Origin: an uncultured virus (IMG/VR IMGVR_UViG_3300004151_000009)
Taxonomy: Duplodnaviria > Heunggongvirae > Uroviricota > Caudoviricetes
Virus record (IMG/VR): IMGVR_UViG_3300004151_000009
Direction: 5' to 3' (one strand)
DNA length: 64,000 bases
This document shows positions 9,089 through 18,557 of this stretch, piece by piece (position 1 is the first letter of the stretch; the number at the start of each line of letters is the position of its first letter). Under the pieces are notes generated by a model. That model ran no database searches and was not told the origin of the DNA. It was given only the letters and a program-made list of their open reading frames with translations. The translations under genes and the position numbers were made by a program.

Positions 9089-10643
9089 ATACTTCCTTCA
9101 ATCTTTATTGCAGGGATCAGATTCCAAAGCAAAGAAAGCACGGTTTCTTCAGTCCAAACTCGATGGGGTGGATGAGAACGCTTTTGAACGTGTTGAAGAG
9201 CGTGACGCATTTACATACTTGAATGAGTTCTTTGAACAGTATGGTGTCCTCCCTTCTATCAATGTTGCACAAGCGGATACTGGTATTATTTTCACCGCAG
9301 CGGAACTTGAAGAGCCTTTTGAGTTCTGGTGTACTGCTTTGAAGGAATATCGTAAGGAAACGCTGATTGGTGATTTGGTTGCGGAGGCATCCCGCCTGCA
9401 TATTGAGGGTAAAGTTGATATCCGCAACAAAAAGATAGAAGAGGCTTTGGAAGTTCTGCGTAATTTCGGGGAGGGCAAGAAGCACATCAAGAAATTGAGT
9501 GAACTTGTCCCAGAGATTATGGAGAGACACAACGCCATTCGCAGTAACGAGCGTGTGACTGGTGTTCGTTTTGGGCTTCCATATCTGGATGGTTTGACCG
9601 GAGGTGGGCAGGCATCTGACCTATGGGTCATTGCCGGTAACACAGGATCAGGTAAGACCTTCTTGCAGTGTCGCATGGCCCTTGGTGCTGTGATGGGTAG
9701 GAAGCCTGAACATTTTTTTGTGGGGATGGAGAACCTTCCCGAAATCTTTGAGCGTCGGCAGATTGGTCGGTTGCGGGAAGGTGAAGAACTGGAGACTTGG
9801 GAACCAGCTACAGCACTTTTCATTTCAATGGAGATGTCGAATCTTCAGATCGCTTCCAGGGCATTGTCCCTCGGGACTCTGACCAGTGGGACGCAGTTAC
9901 GTCGTGGTGAGATGACCATGTTTTCTGAGCAATTCATTCAGGAGTTCAGTTCTCGTTGGAAGGCGTGCGGGGTGGACGAACGCCTGATTCTCATCGAAGG
10001 TAATATCAACATGACGGTGAACGATGTCTTATACTATATCCGTCAGTACCGGCCAGCTATCGTGTTTGTTGATGGTGCTTACCTCCTCAAGATGAAGGGC
10101 GGGCATGGTGATAAGCAGTGGGAGAGGATTTCAGAAATCTTGGAATTGTTGAAACGTATAGCGATGGCGGAACAGATTCCTATTATTTGCACCTTCCAGT
10201 TTAACCAGAAGGCCAAAGACCAGCAGGTTCACGACATCATGGGTGGTCAGGCCATTGGTCAGATAGCCTCTGTCATCATTAAAATATCTGACGACACTGA
10301 GGACATGACCGGGAAGGCGTTTACAGTAGCCGATATGGATGCCAAAGTCGCTACCCTGCTTAAAGGGCGTTCAGGTGAAAGAGGCCAGATCAAGTTGTTG
10401 TACAACATGACATCCACGCAAATCACAGAGACATCTGTCAGTGGTACGTCTGTTGACTTCGAGATGCAGACGCGGGGGGCAGACCCTATGCAGGCATTTG
10501 TATCCAGTAATCGTCCAGACGATGCCGATGACTTCATCATTGACATTCCAGAAGTTAGGAGTACCGATGATTCCAATACGGGTAGCCCTAATAGTACGTC
10601 CTCTTCCGGGGAACGGACACTTTCTAGTTTGTTAAGGCCCTAA
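9075..10643 (+). CDS. dnaB: Replicative DNA helicase (SF4, DnaB-like)
   Basis: AGNTGSGKT, FISMEM, VFVDG, TFQFN, LKGRSGE motifs. Confidence 0.9.
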   Translation: MSVGRYFLQSLLQGSDSKAKKARFLQSKLDGVDENAFERVEERDAFTYLNEFFEQYGVLPSINVAQADTGIIFTAAELEEPFEFWCTALKEYRKETLIGDLVAEASRLHIEGKVDIRNKKIEEALEVLRNFGEGKKHIKKLSELVPEIMERHNAIRSNERVTGVRFGLPYLDGLTGGGQASDLWVIAGNTGSGKTFLQCRMALGAVMGRKPEHFFVGMENLPEIFERRQIGRLREGEELETWEPATALFISMEMSNLQIASRALSLGTLTSGTQLRRGEMTMFSEQFIQEFSSRWKACGVDERLILIEGNINMTVNDVLYYIRQYRPAIVFVDGAYLLKMKGGHGDKQWERISEILELLKRIAMAEQIPIICTFQFNQKAKDQQVHDIMGGQAIGQIASVIIKISDDTEDMTGKAFTVADMDAKVATLLKGRSGERGQIKLLYNMTSTQITETSVSGTSVDFEMQTRGADPMQAFVSSNRPDDADDFIIDIPEVRSTDDSNTGSPNSTSSSGERTLSSLLRP

Positions 10644-10651
10644 GTTTCTAC

Positions 10652-10680
10652 TTGACAGTTTTAGAACTTGTTGCTATCTT
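10652..10680 (+). promoter_or_regulatory. Sigma70-like promoter
   Basis: TTGACA-17-TATCTT upstream of primase. Confidence 0.6.
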
Positions 10681-10751
10681 AGGTATCCCAAACGTGAGAA
10701 TGGAGGGAACACACAAATGCTGCAAAAACTTTTCAAAATGGTGGGAGTACC

Positions 10752-11840
10752 GTGGACACCAAAGACGTAAAGACTTTCTTGGAACATGCCGGTCTGAAGA
10801 ACATTCAGATCGACCAGGACCGGGGGTGGGTTCGTGCCAGTTGTCCTTTTGCTCCGTACAAGCATCAGAAAGGTACGGACTCCAACCCCTCCTTTGGGGT
10901 GAGGGTTCCTGATGAGGAGGTCAAGACTCCGTATTATACCTGTCTGTCTTGTGACTCTTCTGGGAGCCTCCCCGCCCTGGTGGCATCATTGCAGTTTCTT
11001 ACTGGCAAGTCTTTGCGGGAAGCCAGTCTGTATATACAAAGTTTTCCAGAGGCATTCCCGTTCAATGAAGCGAACGGTGAGCATAAGAAAAAGCGTGTCA
11101 AGGTTGATAAGTACCTTGATGTGTATGAGCAGGAAAGGCACAACAATGTTCCCATCCCGCAGAAGACATTGGATAACTACCCATTGATTTGGGAGATAGA
11201 CTCCGCTGCGGCAGAGGAGGCCAAGGATTACTTGAAGAGTCGAAAGATTTCAGAGCAGGTTGTTAAGGATTACCAGTTGCGCCTTTACGTTGACTATCTT
11301 GGGCGGGTGGGAATCATTACTCCCATCATGGCACAGAGCGGGAAAGACACATTAGACCTGTGGGTTAGGATGGTAGCCTCTAAGAGGTTCTTCAGGCTCA
11401 CAGCAGAGATGACAGGATGTGTTGTCAACTATAAGGCCACAGGGAAGTGGTTCGGTCAGCAGTATTTGGGACAGAGCCAGACGGTCATCCTGGTGGAGGG
11501 GGCGTTTGACCTCCTACGCTTGGTGTCCATCGTTCCCAATAGGGATAAGGTGGTGGTGCTGGCATCTTTCGGGATGCCTTCCAAGGAACAGATTGATGGA
11601 CTATACGCAACCAACGTGTTCGTGGGTTTCGATGCGGATGATGCCGGGAAGGCTATGGCAAGTAAGGTTATTCGTAATATAACGGTTCCGTTTCTGGCCG
11701 TACTGTATTGGGACTTGGTTGGGGTTAAGGATGCCGGTGATCTTTCGGATTCCAGCCAGTTCGTCAAGGTGTACAACGGGATGATTCATATCGACAAGAA
11801 GACCTTCACTGATGTTGAAAATCTTAAAAAATCTTCTTGA
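10752..11840 (+). CDS. DNA primase (CHC2 zinc finger + TOPRIM)
   Basis: CPF..H....PSF...CLSC; YLKSRKI; LVEGAFD; GFDADDAG; KDAGD. Confidence 0.88.
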   Translation: MDTKDVKTFLEHAGLKNIQIDQDRGWVRASCPFAPYKHQKGTDSNPSFGVRVPDEEVKTPYYTCLSCDSSGSLPALVASLQFLTGKSLREASLYIQSFPEAFPFNEANGEHKKKRVKVDKYLDVYEQERHNNVPIPQKTLDNYPLIWEIDSAAAEEAKDYLKSRKISEQVVKDYQLRLYVDYLGRVGIITPIMAQSGKDTLDLWVRMVASKRFFRLTAEMTGCVVNYKATGKWFGQQYLGQSQTVILVEGAFDLLRLVSIVPNRDKVVVLASFGMPSKEQIDGLYATNVFVGFDADDAGKAMASKVIRNITVPFLAVLYWDLVGVKDAGDLSDSSQFVKVYNGMIHIDKKTFTDVENLKKSS

Positions 11841-11952
11841 CATTTTCTAGGAAAGTGCTTATTATTGTTTCTGAAGTCAATGTGAAAAAAGTTTGGGGGA
11901 GGAAAGAAAAATGCCATATTTTGCTTGACAAAACTAGAAAAAGTCGTATATT
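11837..11952 (+). promoter_or_regulatory. Tandem sigma70-like promoters for ssb with a palindrome copy between them
   Basis: TTGACA-17-TATTAT at 11837-11865; TTGACA-16-TATATT at 11925-11952; palindrome variant at 11872-11885. Confidence 0.6.
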
Positions 11953-12020
11953 AGTACTGACACCTGGAGTGTCAAACAACCCATGTAAAGCCCCAGAGCG
12001 GGCGATAGGAGAAGACAGTT

Positions 12021-12839
12021 ATGTCTGGTATTCTTTATGGTGACGATGGTTGGAAGCGGGATGCGGAAGAGCGTGAACGTGCAGCCGCACGCAAGATGGG
12101 AGGGGATGACTACCAGCCCTTCCGGTTCTTCCAGAAGGTGGGTGACTCCGCTTATCTGCTGTTTCTGGATGACCCGATTGCCTTTGTCGAGGAGCATGGT
12201 CTGTACCAGCCGGGGGCCAGCCCGCCCATTTCGTGGCATACCTGCGGAATGGACTTTTTCGGGAAGTGCCCTCTCTGTGATGGTGCCAAGCAGTACCCCG
12301 ACAAGAAGGCCGGGAAGTCTCTCACCCTGTACGGGTCTGTTCTGAACCTGACCGGGTATCGAAACAAAAAGGGTGAGGAAGTCAAGATGGCGAAGAACCT
12401 GATCCAGTTGAAGGCGAAGGTTCGCGCCAAGGTTCCCGACAAGAAGGCTCTGGCGGGGGGTTCGATGGCTTGGTCGATTTGGAAGTTTACCCGCTACGAC
12501 AAGCAGTCGGGGACGGGGGAGGATTTCGACTTCATCAAGAAGGTGTCGCCTGCTGATCTCCAGGCTGACCCCGAACTGATGCGGTTCCTTCCCCAAGGCA
12601 TCCCCTTTGAGGATTTCATCCAGCCGTTTGACTACGGGAAGATTCTGGCCCCTCAGAGTCTTGAAGCTCTGGAGGACGCCGCGAAGCGTTTCTTCGGTGG
12701 TGGTGTGACCAGTTACTCTCAGCCTGCTCCTGCCCCGATGGCGGCTCCCTCCCTGGTGGCCCCTTCTGAGGCCCCTGCCGACCTTGTGTCCCCTCCCCCT
12801 GCCGGTATGACCGGCCAGGACATCCGCTCCCTCCTGTAA
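12021..12839 (+). CDS. Single-stranded DNA-binding protein (gp32-like, zinc-binding)
   Basis: FRFF...LLFLD...EH...C...CPLC pattern, flexible Pro/Ala tail, highly expressed codon style, replication context. Confidence 0.65.
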   Translation: MSGILYGDDGWKRDAEERERAAARKMGGDDYQPFRFFQKVGDSAYLLFLDDPIAFVEEHGLYQPGASPPISWHTCGMDFFGKCPLCDGAKQYPDKKAGKSLTLYGSVLNLTGYRNKKGEEVKMAKNLIQLKAKVRAKVPDKKALAGGSMAWSIWKFTRYDKQSGTGEDFDFIKKVSPADLQADPELMRFLPQGIPFEDFIQPFDYGKILAPQSLEALEDAAKRFFGGGVTSYSQPAPAPMAAPSLVAPSEAPADLVSPPPAGMTGQDIRSLL

Positions 12840-12909
12840 ACCTCCAGCCTCCTTGGGATGGGAACTCACGATGGGTGGGTTCCCTCCTTTGGAGTTTCTT
12901 TGTGTGTCT

Positions 12910-12986
12910 GCTGGATTAGCTCAAATGGCTAGAGCCGCTGACTTGTAATCAGCAGGTTGCGGGTTCGAGTCCCGTGTCCAGCTCCA
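12910..12986 (+). tRNA. tRNA-Thr(UGU) with encoded CCA
   Basis: Acceptor GCTGGAT/GTCCAGC, D arm GCTC/GAGC, anticodon arm GCTGA-CTTGTAA-TCAGC, T loop TTCGAGT, 3' TCCA. Confidence 0.95.
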
Positions 12987-12999
12987 CTAAAAATTTCGC

Positions 13000-13028
13000 T
13001 TGACAAGTTTAATAACAACAGGTATAGT
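13000..13028 (+). promoter_or_regulatory. Sigma70-like promoter
   Basis: TTGACA-17-TATAGT; the ORF track's TTG start is this -35 box. Confidence 0.7.
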
Positions 13029-13068
13029 TAAAGCATACTTTAATAGAATTGTAAGAATAGGTAAAAAC

Positions 13069-14409
13069 GTGTTTTCAAAAGCCATTGATTCCACACACTA
13101 CTTCGTTCAGAAGACAGAGATTCCGATTGACTTGGATGTCCTCCGGGGGCGTCTCACAGTACGCTCCAAGTTCAAAGATAATGAACCGATTAAGACATAC
13201 AAGGAAACCGAAGATTACTTTGGTATTCCTCGTCATTATTTTGACACCGGGGCTATCGCAGACGAGATCATTGATGCCCGTTCCTTTGGGACTCCCGTAG
13301 ACATTCAGTTTGTTGGGGAGCTACGTCCCCGTCAACTCCCTTTGGAGCAGAAATTTCTTGCTGGTGTAGAGGCCGGTAGCACCGGGTTCATTCTTGCTGC
13401 TTCGACAGGGGTGGGCAAAACAGTCATGTTTCTCAACTACTTAGCGCATCTCAAAACTACAGCACTTATTGTAGTTCCTCGCTCCCGCATTGTTGACCAA
13501 TGGAAGGAACGTATCCTTCAGTTCACGAATCTAACAGAAGACGATATTGGTATTGCACAGCAGAACGTGTGCAATTATGAAGGCAAGAAGATCGTCATCG
13601 GTATGCTGCATAGTCTTGCTAAAGACAAATATCCTGAAGAGTTTAAGAAGTATTTCGGGGTGGTTTGTTTTGATGAATTGCATACGGTGGCTGCCACTAC
13701 ATTCTCTACGGTTGTAGGTATGTTTCCAGCCCGCTACCGTTTAGGATGCTCTGCTACGTTAGATCGTCCAGATGGCATGTCCACGGTGTTTGAGTGGGCA
13801 TTGGGACAGTGTAAGATCGAACTCAAGGGTACAACCGATGTTGTGCCTAAAGTCATTTTAAGGGAATACACGACAGAAAGCACGAAGCATCCGTACCTCC
13901 ATCAACTAACAGATGCAAAGAAACGCAGAGGGATCATCATTTCAGCATTGGCTGAAGATGGAAAAAGGAATCACTTTCTCTCGTCATTCATCACGCAGAT
14001 TGAACAGTCGGGAAGGCGCACATTGATGCTGTCTGATAGGACAGAGCAGTTGAAGACTGTTCAAGCCATACTGGTGCATAAACACGGTTACAATATAACT
14101 GAGGTAGGTATCTTCGATGGAAAGACTAAAACGGCTGAAAAGGAACGTGTGCTGTCTTCTTGCAAGGTTATATTGGCTACCTATGGTGTGATGAACATGG
14201 CGATTGATGTTCCTGATCTTCGGGGATTGGTGTTCGGCACCCCGACATCCCACGCAGAACAGGCTGTGGGTAGGATACTTCGCATGTGTGATGACACGAA
14301 AGAACCTGTAGTGTTGGACTTGATTGACACGGCGTACAAGGAATGTGTTCGGTGGGCTATTACTCGACAGAGTATGTATCGCAAGAATAAGGCAGTCCTG
14401 GTAGCATGA
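13069..14409 (+). CDS. Superfamily 2 helicase (UvsW/Rad25-like)
   Basis: LRPRQ, ASTGVGKT, FDELH, SAT, QAVGRILR. Confidence 0.9.
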   Translation: MFSKAIDSTHYFVQKTEIPIDLDVLRGRLTVRSKFKDNEPIKTYKETEDYFGIPRHYFDTGAIADEIIDARSFGTPVDIQFVGELRPRQLPLEQKFLAGVEAGSTGFILAASTGVGKTVMFLNYLAHLKTTALIVVPRSRIVDQWKERILQFTNLTEDDIGIAQQNVCNYEGKKIVIGMLHSLAKDKYPEEFKKYFGVVCFDELHTVAATTFSTVVGMFPARYRLGCSATLDRPDGMSTVFEWALGQCKIELKGTTDVVPKVILREYTTESTKHPYLHQLTDAKKRRGIIISALAEDGKRNHFLSSFITQIEQSGRRTLMLSDRTEQLKTVQAILVHKHGYNITEVGIFDGKTKTAEKERVLSSCKVILATYGVMNMAIDVPDLRGLVFGTPTSHAEQAVGRILRMCDDTKEPVVLDLIDTAYKECVRWAITRQSMYRKNKAVLVA

Positions 14410-15062
14410 GTGAAAACGGTAAGACTGTTTCTTACGAGCCTAAAAGTCTTCAGCGTGTCCACCCCCATTTACGGACACGAAATCGAGAGTATGATCGTCA
14501 GAAGTTGTCAGGCCAACTTGCAGAATTGGAGAGGTTGGAGAACACTCCAGAAGAATCGTTGACTGATGAAGAGAAGATCAGATTCAAGATGTTGCAGGGG
14601 AATAAGTATAGGATTGGCTGGTATCGCATCCCGCACATGCGGGAGTTGATTGACAGGAAATTGCAGTACGATAAACTCAGGTCTGAACTTGAACAAGTAC
14701 GCAAGAAAAATGCGGAGGCTATTTTTGAAGCCGAAAGCATGATACAGGACTTAGGCAATCGAGGTAATCCGTATGCTATATTCACTATTAAAGATGTTGC
14801 TGGTGCAGTTGGTAATGGTGTTCGTGTTGTCAAGATGATTAAGGAAGGTATCATTCCTGAACCGTATAAAGTTGAGACAGAGAAGCGGACGTATCATTAC
14901 TTCGATGAGTTGCAGATAGCGTTATTGTGTGAAGCGGTTGAGCATTGTGGAAAGGGTGATTGGGAATGTATCAGGAACTATTTACGTCCCAGATGGGGAT
15001 GGAGGGTGTATGACAAAGGGAACGGCACTTACAAGTTCCAACGGCTTGGTGACGGTTCGTAG
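14406..15062 (+). CDS. Putative DNA-binding protein with C-terminal MerR-like winged HTH
   Basis: FTIKDVAGAVG...KMIKEGIIPEP...YHYFDELQI; N-terminal coiled coil. Confidence 0.5.
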   Translation: MSENGKTVSYEPKSLQRVHPHLRTRNREYDRQKLSGQLAELERLENTPEESLTDEEKIRFKMLQGNKYRIGWYRIPHMRELIDRKLQYDKLRSELEQVRKKNAEAIFEAESMIQDLGNRGNPYAIFTIKDVAGAVGNGVRVVKMIKEGIIPEPYKVETEKRTYHYFDELQIALLCEAVEHCGKGDWECIRNYLRPRWGWRVYDKGNGTYKFQRLGDGS

Positions 15063-15351
15063 GACTATGTTTGGTCAGGAGGCGGTGTCTGAAGAGACTA
15101 TTGATATTCGCCCGTTTGCTACCGATCCCGCCCGGATTCGGGTTGGACGGGGCCTGACCATTGGGCTGCCGAATTACAGTTCTGCCAGGGTTGATGTCTC
15201 CATTGAGCTTCCTTGCTACGTGGAGGAGGCTGTGAAGGTCTATGAGGAACTGACGCAGAAGGTGGAGGTCTTGGTTGAAGAAGAGGCTAAGAAAATTCTG
15301 CAATTAACTTCAAAGTCCGACCAGCCCGCCAAGGCTGCAACCCTTTTCTAA
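15010..15351 (+). CDS. Hypothetical phage protein
   Basis: ATG 15010 after GGAGGG; TIGLPNYSSARVDV motif. Confidence 0.6.
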   Translation: MTKGTALTSSNGLVTVRRTMFGQEAVSEETIDIRPFATDPARIRVGRGLTIGLPNYSSARVDVSIELPCYVEEAVKVYEELTQKVEVLVEEEAKKILQLTSKSDQPAKAATLF

Positions 15352-15362
15352 ACGGAGGAACC

Positions 15363-16610
15363 GTGGCGAATTTCAACGATGTGTTGTCTTCCAGTGCCCG
15401 TCTCAAGAAGATGTCTTCCTTGGTGTCCCCGATGTTCAAGGATGAGGTATACCGGGATTACCCACGGCTCCCGTCCTATGTATTCGGATTTGACTTTGCG
15501 ACTGCTGGAGGGCTTCCCTGTGGCGTCATGACCCATCTCTACGGACTCCCCGCCTCTGGCAAGAGTACGTTCACGCACCTGATGGCGAAGGCTGTCCAGA
15601 AGACCTGTATGAATTGCCTCAAGCCGCTGTCCATGTGCAGTTGTGAGAATCAACAGGTCGGGAAGGTTCTCTACGTCCTCACTGAAGGGAACAGCATTGA
15701 CGAATCTTACCTGTTGAAACTTGGGGTGGATGTGAAGTACCTCCCCGATGGTTCGTGGGATGAAGATCGGAACAACATCATCAGGGCCATGCCGGAATAC
15801 GGTGAGCAGGCGTGTGACATCATCATGGCTGCTGTCCAGGCTGACGATATCTCGTTAATCATTGTGGACAGCATTGTGGGTATCACCTCCAAGGCCATTT
15901 TGGAGTCTGACTTTGAAGATCGTCAGTATGGTGGGGACGCCCTCCTGATCGGGAAATTGACTAAGAAGTTGAATCTGCAAATGATCCAAGAGACGAAGCG
16001 CGGACACAAAGTGTCCATCATTTTCCTCAATCAGTTACGGGCGAAGATGAACGCCTCTCTGTATGAGGAGAAGGAGCAGACTCCTGGTGGTTATGCGCTG
16101 CGTCATGCTTGTCGTTTGTCCATCAACGCCTCGCGTCTTTCTGCTGACCCCAAGGAGCGGGATGCAGACGCCAAGGTCAACTATGCTGACAAGTTCAAGC
16201 TCTCAATGGTGGGCCAGACATCCAAGCAACAGATTTTTTTGATTGCTGGTCAGGCTGATTATCGTGTCGTGCAACGCCCCTTCGATGGCTATGAAGAAGG
16301 GACTATCCTTGATGCAAATGAATGTCTGGCTGTTGCAAAAGACCGACTTGGTATCTTTGTTAAGGAAGGTGGAGTCTATACATTGATGGGGTTGGATTGG
16401 AAGTTTCTCAAGCAAGACGACTTCAAAGAGGTCTTTAGAACAGGACAGTACATTGACCCGGATACCGTGGAGGTCACAGAGGGTGCTGACGACATCATCA
16501 AGTACACCCTGGTGCAGGTTGCTCGAAGCGTTGCGCGTAGGAATATCGAAGAGAAGTACAACAAAAAAGTTATAACCATCGGTAGTAAAGACGCCCCTAT
16601 TGAGGACTAG
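15363..16610 (+). CDS. recA: RecA/UvsX-like recombinase
   Basis: GGLP.G, YGLPASGKST, PEYGEQ, IIVDS, FLNQLR, TPGGYALRH. Confidence 0.88.
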   Translation: MANFNDVLSSSARLKKMSSLVSPMFKDEVYRDYPRLPSYVFGFDFATAGGLPCGVMTHLYGLPASGKSTFTHLMAKAVQKTCMNCLKPLSMCSCENQQVGKVLYVLTEGNSIDESYLLKLGVDVKYLPDGSWDEDRNNIIRAMPEYGEQACDIIMAAVQADDISLIIVDSIVGITSKAILESDFEDRQYGGDALLIGKLTKKLNLQMIQETKRGHKVSIIFLNQLRAKMNASLYEEKEQTPGGYALRHACRLSINASRLSADPKERDADAKVNYADKFKLSMVGQTSKQQIFLIAGQADYRVVQRPFDGYEEGTILDANECLAVAKDRLGIFVKEGGVYTLMGLDWKFLKQDDFKEVFRTGQYIDPDTVEVTEGADDIIKYTLVQVARSVARRNIEEKYNKKVITIGSKDAPIED

Positions 16611-16616
16611 ATTCTG

Positions 16617-16970
16617 ATGGACATCTGCAACTATGAAGAACTTTGTGGACTACTGAATATAAGTCCAAGTTCCTTTCGGAGAATGGGGTGGCGTCGGCTG
16701 CCCCATTTCTTCGCAGGGGGCGGGAAGGACTTGCGCTCTGCCCGTTTCATGATTAACGATGTCATGGCAGTTTTTCAGGAGGAGGCCCATGACAATCGAA
16801 GGCTACAAGACCAAAGACGGGCAGCGGTATCGGGCGGTGTTCGAGTTCCAGGGACAAAGGCACAAGCAAAGAGGATTCCAGACGCAAAGGGAGGCCGACG
16901 CCTGGATAGTGGACGAAAGGAGACGCTTAAACTCCGAGATGGAACGGAGCTTGTGCTGCCACATTTCTGA
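16617..16970 (+). CDS. Putative excisionase / HTH protein
   Basis: YEELCGLLNISPSSFRR...LP...ARF HTH pattern; overlaps the integrase start. Confidence 0.55.
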   Translation: MDICNYEELCGLLNISPSSFRRMGWRRLPHFFAGGGKDLRSARFMINDVMAVFQEEAHDNRRLQDQRRAAVSGGVRVPGTKAQAKRIPDAKGGRRLDSGRKETLKLRDGTELVLPHF

Positions 16971-17841
16971 CTTTTCTAAGAAGTATTTTGAGGCAGAGGC
17001 ATCCCGCATTTCAGCACAAACGCTCAGTTACAAGATGAAGTATGTTCAGGATTTCTTTGCATTTTTGGGGAAGGATACCCCTATTGAGGACATCACCAGG
17101 GAAGTGGCTATTGCTTTTCAGAAGTACATGCTCAGAACCACCAACCCTATCAATGTGAATCGCTACATTAGAGAGTTACGAGTCCTTTGGAATTGGCATA
17201 TCACTAACACAGGGATCGTGTCTTCCAACCCTTTCAAGGTTCCTAGTCTACCTGAATCCAAGTACGTTCCGTACATCCCACCCAAAGAAGATATTGAAAG
17301 AGTTCTTGATACTGCCGAAGGGTGGATCAAGGACTTTTTGCTTTTGGTGTTAGCGACTGCTGCCAGGAGAAGTGAGATACGAAAACTCACTTGGGATGAT
17401 ATTGATTTTCAGAAGAAGATCATCAGGCTAAAGACTAAAAAGAGACGGGGTGGCGGGGAGGAATGGGACAACCTTCCGATGAATAGCATCGCTGAAAGCG
17501 TCCTTCTCCGTAGACATCTAGAGCGGGAGGGGGATGGAATCGCGGTATTCCCTCCCAAGTATCGTACCAAGAAAATGACGGCATTTCGTCATATCAATAC
17601 TGTTTCCGAGATACTTCATAAGTTATGTGTGAAGGCTGGAGTCAAGCCTTTTTCCTTCCATCCCCTCCGTCATTATGTCGCTTCCATCCTTCGGGACAAG
17701 CACCAAGCCAGCCTGTTTGAAATCCAGCACGTTCTCCGGCACAAGAAGCCTGGAACCACGGCTATCTACCTAGACACGTTGAAGACTCCTGTTGAAAGAC
17801 CTCTCAACTCCCTGTCAGATGAGTTCTCTGCCTTCCTGTGA
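16789..17841 (+). CDS. int: Tyrosine integrase
   Basis: Arm-binding N-terminus (RYRAVF...GFQTQREA); catalytic R (ARRSE), K, HPLRH, H and Y (TTAIY); GGAGG RBS. Confidence 0.92.
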   Translation: MTIEGYKTKDGQRYRAVFEFQGQRHKQRGFQTQREADAWIVDERRRLNSEMERSLCCHISDFSKKYFEAEASRISAQTLSYKMKYVQDFFAFLGKDTPIEDITREVAIAFQKYMLRTTNPINVNRYIRELRVLWNWHITNTGIVSSNPFKVPSLPESKYVPYIPPKEDIERVLDTAEGWIKDFLLLVLATAARRSEIRKLTWDDIDFQKKIIRLKTKKRRGGGEEWDNLPMNSIAESVLLRRHLEREGDGIAVFPPKYRTKKMTAFRHINTVSEILHKLCVKAGVKPFSFHPLRHYVASILRDKHQASLFEIQHVLRHKKPGTTAIYLDTLKTPVERPLNSLSDEFSAFL

Positions 17842-17842
17842 T

Positions 17843-18083
17843 CTGTGGGGTGGGCTGTGGGGTGGATTCTCTGGGGTGGTATGAAAATCATTGAAGATTT
17901 TTGGGAGGAAAGCCCACCCGCCGAAACAAAAAAGTAAGCAATTCAAGGGTTATATCTGAAGATTTTGGGATGGCCGTGTTGCTAGGTTAGCCAGTCACGC
18001 GAAACATAGAGCATAAGAAAAGGGAGCAAGTCTAACGACTTAACTCCCTTTTCGGTTTTTTGTGGGGTGACTCTGCGGGGTGG
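17843..18083. repeat. Putative attP with five arm-type direct repeats (CTGTGGGGTGG)
   Basis: Copies at 17843, 17855, 17869, 18060 and 18073 flank a roughly 180-bp noncoding core right after int. Confidence 0.65.
18017..18060. terminator. Hairpin terminator between convergent operons
   Basis: GAAAAGGGAG-CAAGTC-TAAC-GACTTAA-CTCCCTTTTC followed by T-rich sequence. Confidence 0.55.
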
Positions 18084-18090
18084 ATTTATT

Positions 18091-18348
18091 TTAGAGGCGT
18101 CCTTCCCGCATCTCCTGGTTCAGAAAGAGGACTTCTGCTTCCAGGGCATCTTTTCGTTTGGCGTAGGTGGCGGGAAGGAAACACCCTGCGTACTGTCCCA
18201 CCAAGAACTCCACTGTCCAACCGCCCTCATCCTCGTTAAACTCCACACGGGAAGCACGTTGAACTTGGGTGGTCCCCACCCCCGCCAGGAGGTCATCGTG
18301 GAGTCCTTCAATCGAACCGTCAGGGTGAATACGGTATAACTTTTTCAT
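18091..18348 (-). CDS. Hypothetical protein accompanying DUF2997/DUF1257
   Basis: IHPDGSIEGLHDD...RASRVEFNE...W.V...R.DAL.AEV. Confidence 0.6.
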   Translation of the reverse strand: MKKLYRIHPDGSIEGLHDDLLAGVGTTQVQRASRVEFNEDEGGWTVEFLVGQYAGCFLPATYAKRKDALEAEVLFLNQEMREGRL

Positions 18349-18367
18349 GGCGTTTCCTTCCCGCTTT

Positions 18368-18556
18368 TTAGCGGCTGACGGTGATGCCAGCACCTTCGGT
18401 TTTGTAGTAGTCAGCAGTCAACTTCTGATCCGTAGTGGTTCCAAGAGAGTCCATGAACTTCTTGGCAGTCTCCACACAACCCTTACCAGCAAACCCTTCG
18501 GCCTTGACTTCGATGTTCGTACCGTCAGGGGAGATGATGAATTTCACTTTCTTCAT
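18368..18556 (-). CDS. DUF2997-family protein
   Basis: IISPDG..EVKAEGFAGKGC..TA..Y pattern. Confidence 0.75.
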   Translation of the reverse strand: MKKVKFIISPDGTNIEVKAEGFAGKGCVETAKKFMDSLGTTTDQKLTADYYKTEGAGITVSR

Positions 18557-18557
18557 G

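Noticed and set aside
12910..12986. tRNA-Thr as a prophage boundary
   Set aside because: Phage genes flank it on both sides, and I see no duplicate of its 3' end near the integrase.
13000..13068. ORF-track N-terminal extensions (also 6952, 8021, 19706, 22013, 24594, 48755)
   Set aside because: They overlap promoters or upstream genes; downstream starts fit better, most with a clear RBS.
9075..16610. Inteins in DnaB or RecA
   Set aside because: The insertions are short and lack C/S...HN splice motifs and LAGLIDADG blocks.
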